The notes: a model not told the origin generated them from the sequence alone. Positions 42,285 through 52,879 are shown, counted from the stretch's first letter. The stretch: DNA of 64,000 nt from an uncultured Candidatus Rokubacteria bacterium (GCA_963771355.1 CAVYTA010000007.1:192001-256000), one strand, 5' to 3'. Made by a program: numbers and translations.

Positions 42285-43646
42285 TCAACGGAGCGATCGG
42301 AAGGCCGCGCGCACCTCGGCCGCGAAGAGCTGGGGCTGCTCCCACGCGGCGAAGTGGCCGCCTTTGTCGACCTTGTTGTAATAGATCAGTTTCGGATACG
42401 CCCGCTCCGTCCAACTCCGCGGGGCCTCATATTGCTCGCCGGGGAAGACGGTCACCGCCACCGGTATCGAGACGCCCTTGGCGTTGAAAAAGCCACCTTT
42501 GTACTCCCAATAGAGACGAGACGCAGAGACCCCCGTGTTCGTGAGCCAGTAGAGCGTGATGTTATCGAGGATCTCGCCGCGCGTCAGTTCGCCCGTGGCG
42601 CTCGTGGTCCGGTTGAGGGCCGAGGCGACCGCCGCCGCCGGCTGGCCATCAGCGTCATTGTGGTCGAGAAGCCAGGCGGCGAGGCCGACAGGTGAATCCG
42701 CGATGCCGTACAAGGTTTGCGGGCGCGACGCCATCAACCTGGCGTAGTCGACTTGCTTGAAGGTTCTCTCCAGCTGCTCATAGGCGCGGTGTTCGTCAGC
42801 TGAAAGACCCGATGGCGCCGGGCCGCCGGCCAGGAGGGCCTTGTCGACGTCAGCTGGAACGGTAGCAGGCATGTTGGTGTGGATCGCGAGCAATCCGGCA
42901 GGTGCCTGCAAGCCCATCTGGTCGACGACAAACGCCCCCCAGTCGCCGCCCTGGGCGACGTAGCGCGTGTAGCCGAGGCGCTTCATCAGCTCTGCCCAGG
43001 CTCGGCCCATGCGCTCGGGGCCCCAGCCGGTGCTCGTCGGCTTGCCCGAGAACCCGTAGCCGGGCATCGACGGAATAACCACATGGAAAGCGTCGGATGC
43101 GTTCCCGCCGTATGCGGTGGGATTGATAAGTGGATCGATGATCTTCAGCTGCTCGATGATCGAGCCGGGCCATCCGTGCGTGATGATGAGCGGCAATGCG
43201 TTTGCATGCTTCGAACGCACGTGGATGAAGTGAATGTCTAGCCCATCGATGGTCGTCACGAACTGCGGCACCGCGTTCAACTTCGCCTCGCACTTGCGCC
43301 AGTCGTACTCGGTCGCCCAATAGCGCGCGAGTTTCCGAACCATCGCGAGCGGCACGCCCTGCGAGTGATCGGCGACCGTTTCTTTTTCTGGCCAGCGGGT
43401 AGCCATGATGCGCCGCCGAAGCTCGACGAGCTCCGCTTCCGGAATGCGGATCCGGAACGAGCGAATTGCGGTGTCCTCGGTCGCTGCGCGCGGCCGGGCG
43501 GAAGTTGGGGTGGTGTACTGCAGTTGTGAGGTCATCGTGGACTCTTTGGTCGCCGCGACGGTCTGGGCATAGCAGGGGGAAGCGATCAAAAGAAGGCCGA
43601 GGGCGCTCGCGGTCGTTACGCGGCGCTGCATTTGTACGAAGGTCAT
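42285..43646 (-). CDS. Epoxide hydrolase (EHN + alpha/beta hydrolase)
   Basis: THGWPGS, AQGGDWG, GGHFAAWEQP. Confidence 0.92.
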   Translation of the reverse strand: MTFVQMQRRVTTASALGLLLIASPCYAQTVAATKESTMTSQLQYTTPTSARPRAATEDTAIRSFRIRIPEAELVELRRRIMATRWPEKETVADHSQGVPLAMVRKLARYWATEYDWRKCEAKLNAVPQFVTTIDGLDIHFIHVRSKHANALPLIITHGWPGSIIEQLKIIDPLINPTAYGGNASDAFHVVIPSMPGYGFSGKPTSTGWGPERMGRAWAELMKRLGYTRYVAQGGDWGAFVVDQMGLQAPAGLLAIHTNMPATVPADVDKALLAGGPAPSGLSADEHRAYEQLERTFKQVDYARLMASRPQTLYGIADSPVGLAAWLLDHNDADGQPAAAVASALNRTTSATGELTRGEILDNITLYWLTNTGVSASRLYWEYKGGFFNAKGVSIPVAVTVFPGEQYEAPRSWTERAYPKLIYYNKVDKGGHFAAWEQPQLFAAEVRAAFRSLR

Positions 43647-43907
43647 GGCGGGCTCCTTGTTGAATCCACGTTGGGGCAGCAGAACACGCGCAACGTTAGG
43701 CGCGTCGTCCACCGCCTGACGCTGCACTACCGTGCGATCCGTCACCGTTCGAGTTACACCAGCGTGTCGTGAGGTCGACATTCCCGGACGACTGCGCTTG
43801 ATGCTTATGGATTAGTATCATGTCCACCTCACGAGGTTCCTGATAGGCGGGCTCGCCATCTTGGTCTGGAAGGGCTTCCCCAATTGTGGCGGTCACTCAC
43901 CCCCGGA

Positions 43908-44618
43908 ATGCGGGTTGCGTACGATTATGTAACTCCCTTCGCCATCCCGATAGCGTTCGGCCCCCTGTGGATGCCGCTGCTGCCGATGGGAAGGACACCG
44001 AACATCGCGACATGCATCGCCGTGGCGTCCCCTGGACGCCAATGGCTCCTGACAGCGTGGCACGTCCTCAAACCGATAGTCGAAGAGTTGAGGAACCCTG
44101 AAAGTGTTTGTCACATAGGATGTGATCGTTCGGGTATGCCTCTGATCACACTCAACCGGATCGAAATGGACGCCGTACGTTTCAGCGAACGGCTAGATAT
44201 AGCGACGCTCCAGATTCCGACTCTGTTCGCCGATCTGATCGACCGCAATGGGCTGTTTCGTGTTCTGCGCCCGCATCGGTGGCCACTACTCCCGCGCGCC
44301 GTAGTCGATGAGCCAGTCTGGGTGGTAGTCGACGTCGTTTAGGACTCGAACTGATGCGCAGATCCCGATTGTCGGCGGCAAGTCGGGGCAGCTATTCACG
44401 GTTCAGGCTACGACCTTCGGCTTTGTGGAGTAAGCGGCGGACCTGTATTTGTGGACAGGATAGTTGAAGGCGTCAGAGAGCAATCATTGTGTGGTGTAGT
44501 CAAAGAGGGTAGCCACTTTGGCCGACGGTGGTGGGAGCCAGATGGTTCGATTGATGAGAACGCGCCGCGAGACCTATCTGGCGAATTCGTCATGGGTCCA
44601 GTTGTCCCTCGACCCTGA
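43908..44618 (+). pseudogene. Degraded trypsin-like serine protease
   Basis: LLTAWHV (His) and LDIA (Asp) before the stop at 44342; GVSGGPVF (Ser) in another frame near 44427. Confidence 0.6.
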
Positions 44619-44761
44619 GGGCCATGCCTCCGCGCGTTCGCAACGGGACGTCTTGCGGCAAATCGTTGATCGCTCCGGACCGGCACGCTATGGTCGGCGA
44701 GCGCAAGGGGGCGCGGTGCCAATGATCATCGAGCTTCGATGAGCGCGGGAGGCGAGCGTCC

Positions 44762-45163
44762 GTGGCCATCCGCGTAGTCCGGCTGGGGAGTCCGCGCTCG
44801 CCAGGGGAAGGGCTCAGGCTCGGCACCGTGCGGCGGCTTCCGCGGGGCGTACGCAAGACGGACTATGCCCGCCGCGATTTCTTCGACGTGTGGTACCCGG
44901 AGCTGGCGCCGAGCGGCAAGCTGGTGAGCTGGGCCCTGTCCGAGCCGTTCACGGCGCCGCGCTGGGCCCGCTACGTCAAGAGCTACCGGCGCGAGATGCG
45001 GGAGCCTCCGCGTCAGCGCACGCTCGAGCTGCTCGCGCGATTGTCCCACCAGGCGGACTTCTCCATCGGCTGCTACTGCGAGCGCGAGGACCAGTGCCAT
45101 CGCTCGATCCTGCGCGAGCTGCTGGTGGAGCACGGCGCGCGGATGGCTTTGCCTGGTCGCTGA
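44762..45163 (+). CDS. DUF488 family protein
   Basis: TVRRLPRGVRK, DVWYPELAPS, CYCE...CHRSIL. Confidence 0.85.
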   Translation: MAIRVVRLGSPRSPGEGLRLGTVRRLPRGVRKTDYARRDFFDVWYPELAPSGKLVSWALSEPFTAPRWARYVKSYRREMREPPRQRTLELLARLSHQADFSIGCYCEREDQCHRSILRELLVEHGARMALPGR

Positions 45164-45289
45164 CGTCGATGGTCGATGAGCCGCGCCGCCCCGCCGTGGT
45201 CGGACTCACGGTGCGTTACGAAAAGGCCCGGGATGCCGGAGGTCTCGTGCGATACGCGCCCGAGTTCGCGGCGCTGGGGAGCTAGGGCG

Positions 45290-45697
45290 ATGGCCATCAC
45301 GTATCGCGAGACGGCCGATGTCGATTTCGAGCAGGTGCTGGCGCTGTATCGCGCGCTACGCTGGTCCTCCGCCGAGAAGCCGCGGGAGCTCGAGCGGGCG
45401 CTGCGCGGCTCGCACTCGCTGGTCACCGCCTGGGACGGGCCCCGCCTGGTGGGCCTCGGCAACGCGATCTCGGACGGCGCCCTCGTCGTCTACTACGCGC
45501 ACATGCTGGTCCTGCCCGACTACCAGGGCCGGGGCATCGGACGCGAGATCGTGCGGCGGCTCATGGCCCGGTACGCGGGGTTTCACCAGCACATCCTGGT
45601 GGCGGACGGCGGCGCCATCGACTTCTACCGGAAGTGCGGCTTCGAGCGGGCCGGCCACACTGAACCGATGTGGGTGTACGCGGGGAGCGAGCATTGA
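45290..45697 (+). CDS. GNAT N-acetyltransferase
   Basis: VLPDYQGRGIG, FYRKCGF. Confidence 0.9.
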   Translation: MAITYRETADVDFEQVLALYRALRWSSAEKPRELERALRGSHSLVTAWDGPRLVGLGNAISDGALVVYYAHMLVLPDYQGRGIGREIVRRLMARYAGFHQHILVADGGAIDFYRKCGFERAGHTEPMWVYAGSEH

Positions 45698-46380
45698 GCC
45701 TGGCGGGCGCGGGGGCGGCGGCCGCGCTGCTCCTCGCGGCGTCCGTGGCCGCAGCCCAGATCCCGCCGGGCCCCGAGGAGCTTCGCGCGTACCGGGGGCT
45801 CCACGCCGCTGCCGCGCGTGACGATGCCGCCGAGGTGGGGCGTCTCCTGGCGGCGGGCGCGAATCCCGAGGCGCGCGATGGCCATGGCCGCACCGCGCTC
45901 CACGTGGCGGCCTTCACCTCGCACGCGGCGGCGGCGCGCGCGCTGGTGGCGGGCGGCGCGCAGGCCAATGCGCTCGACGCCCAGCGCTACGACATCGTCA
46001 CCATCGCGGCGGTGAAGAACGACGTCGCCATGCTGCGACTGGCCCTCGCGCTGGGCGCGAGCGCGCGCAATGTCACCAGTCCCTACGACGGCACCGCTCT
46101 CATCGCGGCCGCGCATCTCGGTCACGACGAGGTGGTGCGCGAGCTGATCCGGGGGGGCGCCCCGCTGGACCACGTCAACAATCTCGGCTGGACGGCGGCG
46201 CTGGAGGCGGTGATCCTGGGCGACGGCGGCCCGCGTCACGTGGCGGTGCTACGGGCGCTCGTGGAGGCCGGCGCGGATCCCGGTCTCCCCGACCGGCAGG
46301 GCGTGACCCCGCTCGAGCATGCGCGGCGACGGGGCTATGCGGAGATGGTCGCCGTCCTCGAGTCCGCCCGCCGGCGCTGA
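45694..46380 (+). CDS. Secreted ankyrin-repeat protein
   Basis: GRTALHVAA, GTALIAAA, GWTAALEA, GVTPLEHA; TTG start overlapping the upstream stop. Confidence 0.88.
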   Translation: MSLAGAGAAAALLLAASVAAAQIPPGPEELRAYRGLHAAAARDDAAEVGRLLAAGANPEARDGHGRTALHVAAFTSHAAAARALVAGGAQANALDAQRYDIVTIAAVKNDVAMLRLALALGASARNVTSPYDGTALIAAAHLGHDEVVRELIRGGAPLDHVNNLGWTAALEAVILGDGGPRHVAVLRALVEAGADPGLPDRQGVTPLEHARRRGYAEMVAVLESARRR

Positions 46381-46429
46381 CGCGGGGAGGAACCTCCACT
46401 CAGGTGCGGCGCCAGGGCGGCGGACGCGG

Positions 46430-47470
46430 CTACCCGGGCTCCAGCATCACCTTCACGCGCCGCTTGTCCGAGCGGAGCGAGTCGAAGGCGGCGGGGAAGG
46501 CATCCCAGGCCACGGTGTCGCCGAGGAGCGGACCCGCGTTCACGCGCGCGCGCGCCAGCATCGCGAGAGTGAAGGCGAAGTCGCGCTTGCCGTAGCCGAA
46601 CACGTAGCGGACATCCAGCTCCTTGGTGATCGCCTTCACGGGCAAGATCCGATCCGGCTGCATGCACACGCCGGCCACCACCACCCGGCCGTTGACCGGT
46701 GCGTGGTCCATGGCGAGCTGCTGGCTGCCGGGCACGCCCACGCAGTCGAACACGACGTCGGCGCGGCGCCCGGCCTCGCGCTTCACCGCCGCCACCACGT
46801 CCTCGCGCTCCGCGTGGATCACCGCGGTGGCACCCATGCGGGCGGCCCGCTCCGCGCGCTCGGGGGAGAGATCGCTCACCAGCACGTGGCCGGCTCCGAA
46901 GAAGCGGCTCCAGAGGCTCACCGCCAGCCCGATGGGCCCCGCGCCGATGATCTCGGCGACCTCCCCGGGCCGCAGCCCCGCGCGCTCCACCGCGTGGAGC
47001 CCCACCGCCAGCGGCTCCACCAGCGCACCCTGGCGGAAGTCCACCTCCGGTGGCAGGGACAGCGTCTCGTGCATGCCCACGCGCACGAAGTCCGCGTAGG
47101 CCCCGGGCAACTTGCCGAAGCCCCCGGAGATCACGGCGGGGCAGCGGTGCCCCTGGCCATTGAGGCAGGCCACGCAGGTGCCGCAGGCGATATAGGGCAG
47201 GGCAGTGACGCGCTCACCGACGCGGAAGCGCCCGGCCGCGTCGCGCCCGAGCGCGACCACCTCGCCGGCGAACTCATGGCCCATGATGGCGCCCACGGCG
47301 AGCGGGCTCATGCCTCCCGAGCGATCGGTCACCTCGGCGGCATGGAGATCCGAGCCGCAGACGCCGCAGTCGCGGACGGCGAGGATGAGCTCCGCGGGGC
47401 CGGGAGTCGGGTCCGGCACGGTGCGGATCTCGAGGGGCCGGCCCACGCCCGAGAAGACGGCGGCGCGCAT
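46430..47470 (-). CDS. Zn-dependent alcohol dehydrogenase (MDR)
   Basis: GVCGSDLH, GHEFAG, CGTCVAC...C, GAGPIG. Confidence 0.92.
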   Translation of the reverse strand: MRAAVFSGVGRPLEIRTVPDPTPGPAELILAVRDCGVCGSDLHAAEVTDRSGGMSPLAVGAIMGHEFAGEVVALGRDAAGRFRVGERVTALPYIACGTCVACLNGQGHRCPAVISGGFGKLPGAYADFVRVGMHETLSLPPEVDFRQGALVEPLAVGLHAVERAGLRPGEVAEIIGAGPIGLAVSLWSRFFGAGHVLVSDLSPERAERAARMGATAVIHAEREDVVAAVKREAGRRADVVFDCVGVPGSQQLAMDHAPVNGRVVVAGVCMQPDRILPVKAITKELDVRYVFGYGKRDFAFTLAMLARARVNAGPLLGDTVAWDAFPAAFDSLRSDKRRVKVMLEPG

Positions 47471-47535
47471 GAGGGCCCGAGTATAGCGCGGCGCTTGCTT
47501 GACACTCATGCGAGTGGAGGTGCAGGCTAGCGCGC

Positions 47536-48688
47536 ATGCCCACCCCATTCGCCACGCCCCATGTGTACGAGAAGCTCGGCGTCCGCTCGGTCATTCACGG
47601 CTCCGGCACCACCACGCGCTACGGCGGCTCCCGCATGCGGCCCGAGACCATCGAGGCCATGCGCGAGGCCGCGCAGGCCCACGTGAACATCGACGAGCTG
47701 AATGCGGCCGCCGGCGCCGCCATCGCCCGCCTGCTCGCACGCACCCGCCGCGCTGGTGACGGGCGGCTCCACCGCGGGCCTGGTGCTCCAGGCCGCCGCC
47801 TGCATGACCGGCGACGATCCCGCCAAGATCGCGCGGCTGCCCGACGCCGGCGGCATGCGCAACGAGTTCGTGATCCAGCGCGCGCACCGCTTTCCGTACG
47901 ACCAGGCCTATCGCGTCCCGGGCGGCGTGCTCGTCGAGATCGGGCTGGGACGGCGCACGGCCCCGCACGAGCTGGAGGCGGCCATCGGCGAACGCACCGC
48001 CGGGGTGATCTTCCTCGTCTCCCCTTTCACGAGCCCGCCCGGCATCCTGCCGTTCGAGGAGGTCTGCCGCATTGCCCACGCGCGCGGGGTGCCGGTGCTG
48101 GTGGACGCGGCCTCCATGGTGCCGCCGCGCGAGCACCTGTTCCGCTACGTCCGCGGGGGCGCCGACCTCGTCGTCTACAGCGGTGGCAAGGGCATCCGAG
48201 GTCCGCAGAGCACGGGCATCCTCGTCGGCCGGCCGGACCTCATCCGCGCCGCCATGCTGAACGCGAGCCCGAACCAGGCCATCGGCCGCGCGGCCAAGAC
48301 GTCGAAGGAAGAGATCGTGGGGCTGGTCACCGCGCTGGAGCTCTGCCTCGCCGAGGACGAGGCGGCGGAGATGGTGCAGTTCCGGGACGCCTGCGCGCGG
48401 ATCGTGGAGGAGGTGCGGGACATCCCGGGCCTGCGTGCGGTGGTGGAGCAGGACCCGGTCAACCGCGTGATCCCCCACGCCGTGATCTACTTCGAGCCGG
48501 ACTGGGCCGGCCCCAGCGGCCCGGTGGTGCGGCGCGCCCTGGCGGAGGGCGAGCCCCACATCTACGTGCAACAGGGGACCTATCAGGGCGGCTACGGGGA
48601 CGAGCTGGCGGTAGATCCCATCAACCTGCAAGCGGGGGAGGAGAAGCTCCTCGCGGCGCGGCTGCGCGAGGAGCTCACCCGCCGCTGA
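47536..48688 (+). CDS. SelA-like/DgaE-family PLP enzyme, +1 frameshift near 47737-47740
   Basis: LGVRSVIHGSGTTTRYGGS in frame 1; VLVDAA, YSGGKGIRGPQSTG, KTSKEEIVG in frame 2. Confidence 0.8.
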
Positions 48689-48696
48689 GCGGGCGC

Positions 48697-49659
48697 TCAG
48701 CTCACGCCGGGCTCGAGCAGCGTGAGCGTGCCCGCGTCCGCGTCCAGCTCCGCGAGACAGCCGATGGGCAGCGTGGTCTGGTCGTCCACGTGCCCGACCA
48801 TGAGGCCCGCGATCGCGGGCACACCCAGCGCGCGCGGGCGCTCGGCCAGGATGTCCTCCAGCACGCGGTTCTGGACGTAGAATGCCGACGGCTCGCAGCG
48901 CGTGAACTTGCCGAAGGCGATCCCGGCGAGCCCGGCCAGTGCGCCCGCGAGCCACAGCTGGGTGAGGAAGCGGTCGATCCGATAGAAGGGCTCGTCCACG
49001 TCCTCGAGGAAGAGGATGGCGCCGCGGAGGTCGGGGAAGTACGGCGTCCCCGCGAGGTGCGCCATCAGGCAGAGATTGCCGCCGAGGAGCCGGCCCTGTG
49101 CCCGGCCCGGCACCAGCGTGGTCACGCGGTTCTCCCACTCCGGCTGGCCCTCGCGCGGCTCCCCGCGCGGGGGTGCGCCCAGTCGAACGGGGGCGTCCGG
49201 GGACCAGAGAACCTGGCGCAGCTGGGCGAGGGAGTAGGGGGTGAAGCCGCGCGCGGCGATGGGCCCGTGAAAGCTGACCAGCCCCGCCTGCGTGTGCAGC
49301 GCCATGTGCAAGGCGGTGATGTCGCTGTAGCCGACGAGCGCCTTGGGGTTGGCGCGGATGAGGTCCCAGTCCAGCAGCGGCAGCAGGCGGGAGGCGCCAT
49401 ACCCGCCCCGCACGCACCACAGCGCATCCACCGCGGGATCCGCGAAGGTCGCCTGCAGATCCGCGGCGCGGTCCGCGTCCGCGCCCGCGAAGTAGCCCTC
49501 GCGATCGAAGACGTGCTTGCCCGGACGGACGCGGAAGCCGAGGGATTGCAGGGACTCGATCGCGTAGCGGACCCGGTCGGGCTCATTGGGCGCGCCCGAG
49601 GGGGCGACGAGACCGATGGTCTGGCCCGGCGCGAGGCGCCGCGGGCGGAGGAGGGTCAG
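48697..49659 (-). CDS. LD-carboxypeptidase (peptidase S66), probable CTG start
   Basis: RPRRLAPGQTIGLVAPS, RGGYG, GYSDIT, GGNL, FLED, VGH. Confidence 0.88.
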   Translation of the reverse strand: MTLLRPRRLAPGQTIGLVAPSGAPNEPDRVRYAIESLQSLGFRVRPGKHVFDREGYFAGADADRAADLQATFADPAVDALWCVRGGYGASRLLPLLDWDLIRANPKALVGYSDITALHMALHTQAGLVSFHGPIAARGFTPYSLAQLRQVLWSPDAPVRLGAPPRGEPREGQPEWENRVTTLVPGRAQGRLLGGNLCLMAHLAGTPYFPDLRGAILFLEDVDEPFYRIDRFLTQLWLAGALAGLAGIAFGKFTRCEPSAFYVQNRVLEDILAERPRALGVPAIAGLMVGHVDDQTTLPIGCLAELDADAGTLTLLEPGVS

Positions 49660-50648
49660 CGGATCACCTCGTCGGCCCGCTTGACCAGCGAGTCCGGGAT
49701 CGGGAGGCCCAGCACGCGCGCGGTCTTGAGGTTCACCACCAGCTCGAACTTCGGCGGCTGGGCCACCGGCAGCTCGGAGGGCCGGGCGCCCTTGAGGATG
49801 CGATCGACGTAGCCGGCGGCCCGGCGGAAGAGATCGCCCTGCCGCGGCCCGTACGACATGAGCCCGCCGGCCTCCACGCCCAGCTTCAGCGTGAACATGG
49901 TGGGCAGGCGCCGCTGCGCGGCCATCTCCGCGATCTGGACGCGGTGGACGAAGGCCAGGCGGTCACCGAGCACGTAGAGCGCGTCCGCGCGATCGCGCGT
50001 GGCGGCCTCGAAGGCGCCCTCGAACTCCACCGGGGTTCGCACCTCGAGCGGGAGCGGAGTCAGCCGCAGGGGCGTCGCCGCCGCGGGAATCTCGCGGCTC
50101 AGCAGCTGCCGGTGCGCGGGATTGGCGGCATTGGCGAGGACGGCCACACGGGTGGCGTTGGGCGCCGCCTCCTTGAGGAGGGCGAGCCGTTTCCGGGTGA
50201 GCTCGTCGGGGGCATACGTGGCCAGCCCGGTGACATTGCCGCCGGGCTTGGTGAGGCTCCCCACGAGCTTTTCCCGGACGGGATCCGCCACCACGAGGAA
50301 GACGATGGGGATGGTCTTGGTGGCGTCGGCGGCGGCATGCGCGGGCTGTGTCGACAGCGCCACGATGACGTCCACCTTGGCGCGCACCAGCTCCGCGGCA
50401 AGGATGGGGAGGCGATCGAAGTCGCCTTCGGACGAGCGCCACTCGATGACGAGATTGCGCCCCTCCGCATACCCGAGCTTCTTCAGCCCGTCGAGGAACT
50501 GATCGAAGTACGGACCCTCGGAGGACTCGAACGCGTTGGCGAGCACGCCGATGCGATGGACCTTGCCGGCTTGCTGAGCAGCGGCGGGGAGCTCCGAGCC
50601 GAGGATCATGACGAGGAGCGAGATCACCAGCCGGCGCGCTCGAACCAT
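49656..50648 (-). CDS. ABC transporter substrate-binding protein (ABC_sub_bind family)
   Basis: LGYAEGRNLVIEWR, SLTKPGGNVTG, GGLMSYG, FELVVNLKTA. Confidence 0.92.
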   Translation of the reverse strand: MVRARRLVISLLVMILGSELPAAAQQAGKVHRIGVLANAFESSEGPYFDQFLDGLKKLGYAEGRNLVIEWRSSEGDFDRLPILAAELVRAKVDVIVALSTQPAHAAADATKTIPIVFLVVADPVREKLVGSLTKPGGNVTGLATYAPDELTRKRLALLKEAAPNATRVAVLANAANPAHRQLLSREIPAAATPLRLTPLPLEVRTPVEFEGAFEAATRDRADALYVLGDRLAFVHRVQIAEMAAQRRLPTMFTLKLGVEAGGLMSYGPRQGDLFRRAAGYVDRILKGARPSELPVAQPPKFELVVNLKTARVLGLPIPDSLVKRADEVIR

Positions 50649-50742
50649 GGCGGGCGTCTCCACGACGAGTCGAGCCTAGCCTGACCCGACAGCGTCGGCA
50701 AGGGCGTTCTGACGACGGCCCGCGGCGCGCTATATTAGGCGC

Positions 50743-51924
50743 GTGATGACGCGACCCGAGGGGCCCGACGCCGACCTCCTGGCGCGGGCCCGTGCCCTCC
50801 TCCCGCTGCTCGAGTCCGCATCCGACACCATGGAGGCGAGCCGCCGACTCCCGCCCGCGGTGGTGGAGGCGCTCCACGACGCGGCGCTCTTCCGCCTGCT
50901 CATGCCGCGCTTCCTCGCCGGGGGCGAGGTGGACCCCGTCACCTTCGTCCACGTCATCGAGGCCATCGCGATGGTCGACGGCAGCACCGCGTGGTGCCTC
51001 TGCCAGGCCGCCGGCTGCTCCATGGTGGGCGCCTATCTCACCCCCGAGGTCGCGCGGGAGATCTTCGGCCCGCGAGACGCCGTGCTCGCCTGGGGGCCCG
51101 GGCCCGACGCGCGCGCGGTGGCGGTGGACGGCGGCTATCGCGTGTCGGGCACGTGGTCCTTCGCGAGCGGCTGCCGTCACGCGACCTGGCTCGGTGGACA
51201 CGCGGCCGTCGTCGAGGCGGACGGCGCCGCGCGCTGGCGCGCCGACGGCAGCCCCGAGGGCCGCACCATGCTGTTCCCCGCCGCGCGCGCGGAGATCGTG
51301 GACGTGTGGCACGTGAGCGGGCTGCGGGGGACGGGCAGCGATGCCTTCACCGTCTCGGACCTCTTCGTGCCGCACGCGTACTCGGTGTCGCGGGACGATC
51401 CCGCCGAGCGCCGGCATCCCGGCGCGCTCTACTGCTTCCCCTCCGGCAGCCTCTACGCCTCCGGGTTCGCCGGGGTGGCGATGGGCCTCGCGCGGTCCAT
51501 GCTGGACGCCTTCGTGGAGCTGGCGCGGGACAAGACCCCGCGCGGCGGGCGCCGGGCCCTGCGCGACAACCACGTGGTGCAGTCCCAGGTGGCCCAGGCG
51601 GAGGCGCGCCTCCGCTCCGCGCGGATGTTCCTGGTGGGGTCTCTCGACGAGATCTGGCGGGAGGTGGGCCGCTCGGGCATGCTCACGCTCGACCAGCGGA
51701 TGACCATTCGCCTCGCCGCCACCTACGCCATCCATCAGGCCAAGGACGTGGCGGACATCGCGTACCAGGCGGCGGGCTCCAGCGCCATCTTCACCGCGGG
51801 CGCCTTCGAGCGCCGCTTCCGCGACATCCACGCGGTGACCCAGCAGCTCCAGGGTCGCCAGGCCCATTTCGAGACGGTGGGCCAGTTCCTCCTCGGGCTC
51901 GATCCGGACACCCAGTTCCTCTAG
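50743..51924 (+). CDS. Flavin-dependent monooxygenase, acyl-CoA dehydrogenase fold (HsaA-like)
   Basis: DGSTAW, GTWSFASGC, WHVSGLRGTGS, ERRFRDIH. Confidence 0.88.
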   Translation: MMTRPEGPDADLLARARALLPLLESASDTMEASRRLPPAVVEALHDAALFRLLMPRFLAGGEVDPVTFVHVIEAIAMVDGSTAWCLCQAAGCSMVGAYLTPEVAREIFGPRDAVLAWGPGPDARAVAVDGGYRVSGTWSFASGCRHATWLGGHAAVVEADGAARWRADGSPEGRTMLFPAARAEIVDVWHVSGLRGTGSDAFTVSDLFVPHAYSVSRDDPAERRHPGALYCFPSGSLYASGFAGVAMGLARSMLDAFVELARDKTPRGGRRALRDNHVVQSQVAQAEARLRSARMFLVGSLDEIWREVGRSGMLTLDQRMTIRLAATYAIHQAKDVADIAYQAAGSSAIFTAGAFERRFRDIHAVTQQLQGRQAHFETVGQFLLGLDPDTQFL

Positions 51925-51934
51925 CCGATCCCGC

Positions 51935-52258
51935 TCACTCCGTCCGCCGGTGGCCCGCCTGCCACCACCAGTGGAAGATCAGGGCCTGTACGAGCGAGAG
52001 GACGCCGAGGGTGGCGTCGTTGAGGATATAGAGCGAGACGAAGCGGCCACTGAGCCCCCGCCAGGCCAGGATGGCGAGTCCCCCGAGCCCGAGGTTGAGC
52101 GCGAGGAAGAGCATCAGCAGGCCCATCGCCTCGAGCATTCGCGCGCCGGCGGTGAGGAGTCCGGCGCGCGGGATCCCCAGCCAGCGCGTGCCTACCAGCC
52201 AGACGCCCCCCGAGGTCACGAGCACCAGCGCCGGCACCACCAGGGTCTCGAGATCCAC
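51935..52258 (-). CDS. Small membrane protein
   Basis: Three hydrophobic segments; coupled to the YdcF gene. Confidence 0.65.
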   Translation of the reverse strand: MDLETLVVPALVLVTSGGVWLVGTRWLGIPRAGLLTAGARMLEAMGLLMLFLALNLGLGGLAILAWRGLSGRFVSLYILNDATLGVLSLVQALIFHWWWQAGHRRTE

Positions 52259-52261
52259 CGC

Positions 52262-52879
52262 TCAGAGCCAGCCGCGCAGGCGGTAGTAGCACCAGGCGGC
52301 GAGCTCGATGCCCACCTCGCGCAGCAGATGCAGGCGCGCCTCGGCCCCGGCGGGCCCGCCGCCTTCCGTGTGGGCGCCGAGCACGGTGAAGCCGCGCCGC
52401 TCGAGGAGCGCCCGGGTACGGGGCATGTCGATGGGGTCGACGACCAGCAGGATGCGCTGGATGCCGCGCGGCTTCAGCAGGCCCTCGAGGAGGGCAGCCT
52501 CCTCCCGGGTGGTGTGGGCCCCGGGGGCGGGGAGCAGACTCTCGGCGTCGATCCCCAGGCCGCGGGCCAACCGCACCCGCGCATCGATCTCGTCATCGTC
52601 GCCGGTGAACACGATGAGCGGCGACAGCCCCTTCTTCTGGAGCGCGATGGCGCGGAGGGTCCGGCGCAGCGAGGCGTTGGTGAGCACCTCGTCCGCGTCC
52701 GACCCCCCGCGGCCGGGCACCACGATGGCCTGCGCGGGTCGGAGCTCGAGGGGGCCGGCCATCCAGCGGTTGAGCTCGTTGGCGAGGGGGGTGAAGCCGC
52801 CGACGACGAGCAGGAGGAGCCCGGCGGCGCCGAGCAGGCGGAGAACACGCGACCGCCTCCCGTCCTCCGCGCGTGGCAC
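52262..52879 (-). CDS. YdcF/DUF218 family protein
   Basis: AIVVPGRG, IVFTG, AHTTREEA, LREVGIEL. Confidence 0.75.
   Translation of the reverse strand: MPRAEDGRRSRVLRLLGAAGLLLLVVGGFTPLANELNRWMAGPLELRPAQAIVVPGRGGSDADEVLTNASLRRTLRAIALQKKGLSPLIVFTGDDDEIDARVRLARGLGIDAESLLPAPGAHTTREEAALLEGLLKPRGIQRILLVVDPIDMPRTRALLERRGFTVLGAHTEGGGPAGAEARLHLLREVGIELAAWCYYRLRGWL

Noticed and set aside
37015..44700. Intact prophage or integrative element at tRNA-Thr
   Set aside because: No integrase, phage or conjugation genes, and no second att copy found by eye
47536..48688. True selenocysteine synthase selA supporting the selenoprotein
   Set aside because: Motifs (YSGGKGIRGPQ, KTSKEEIVG) and the absence of the SelA N-terminal tRNA-binding domain fit the SelA-like/DgaE family; no selB, selC or selD seen in the window
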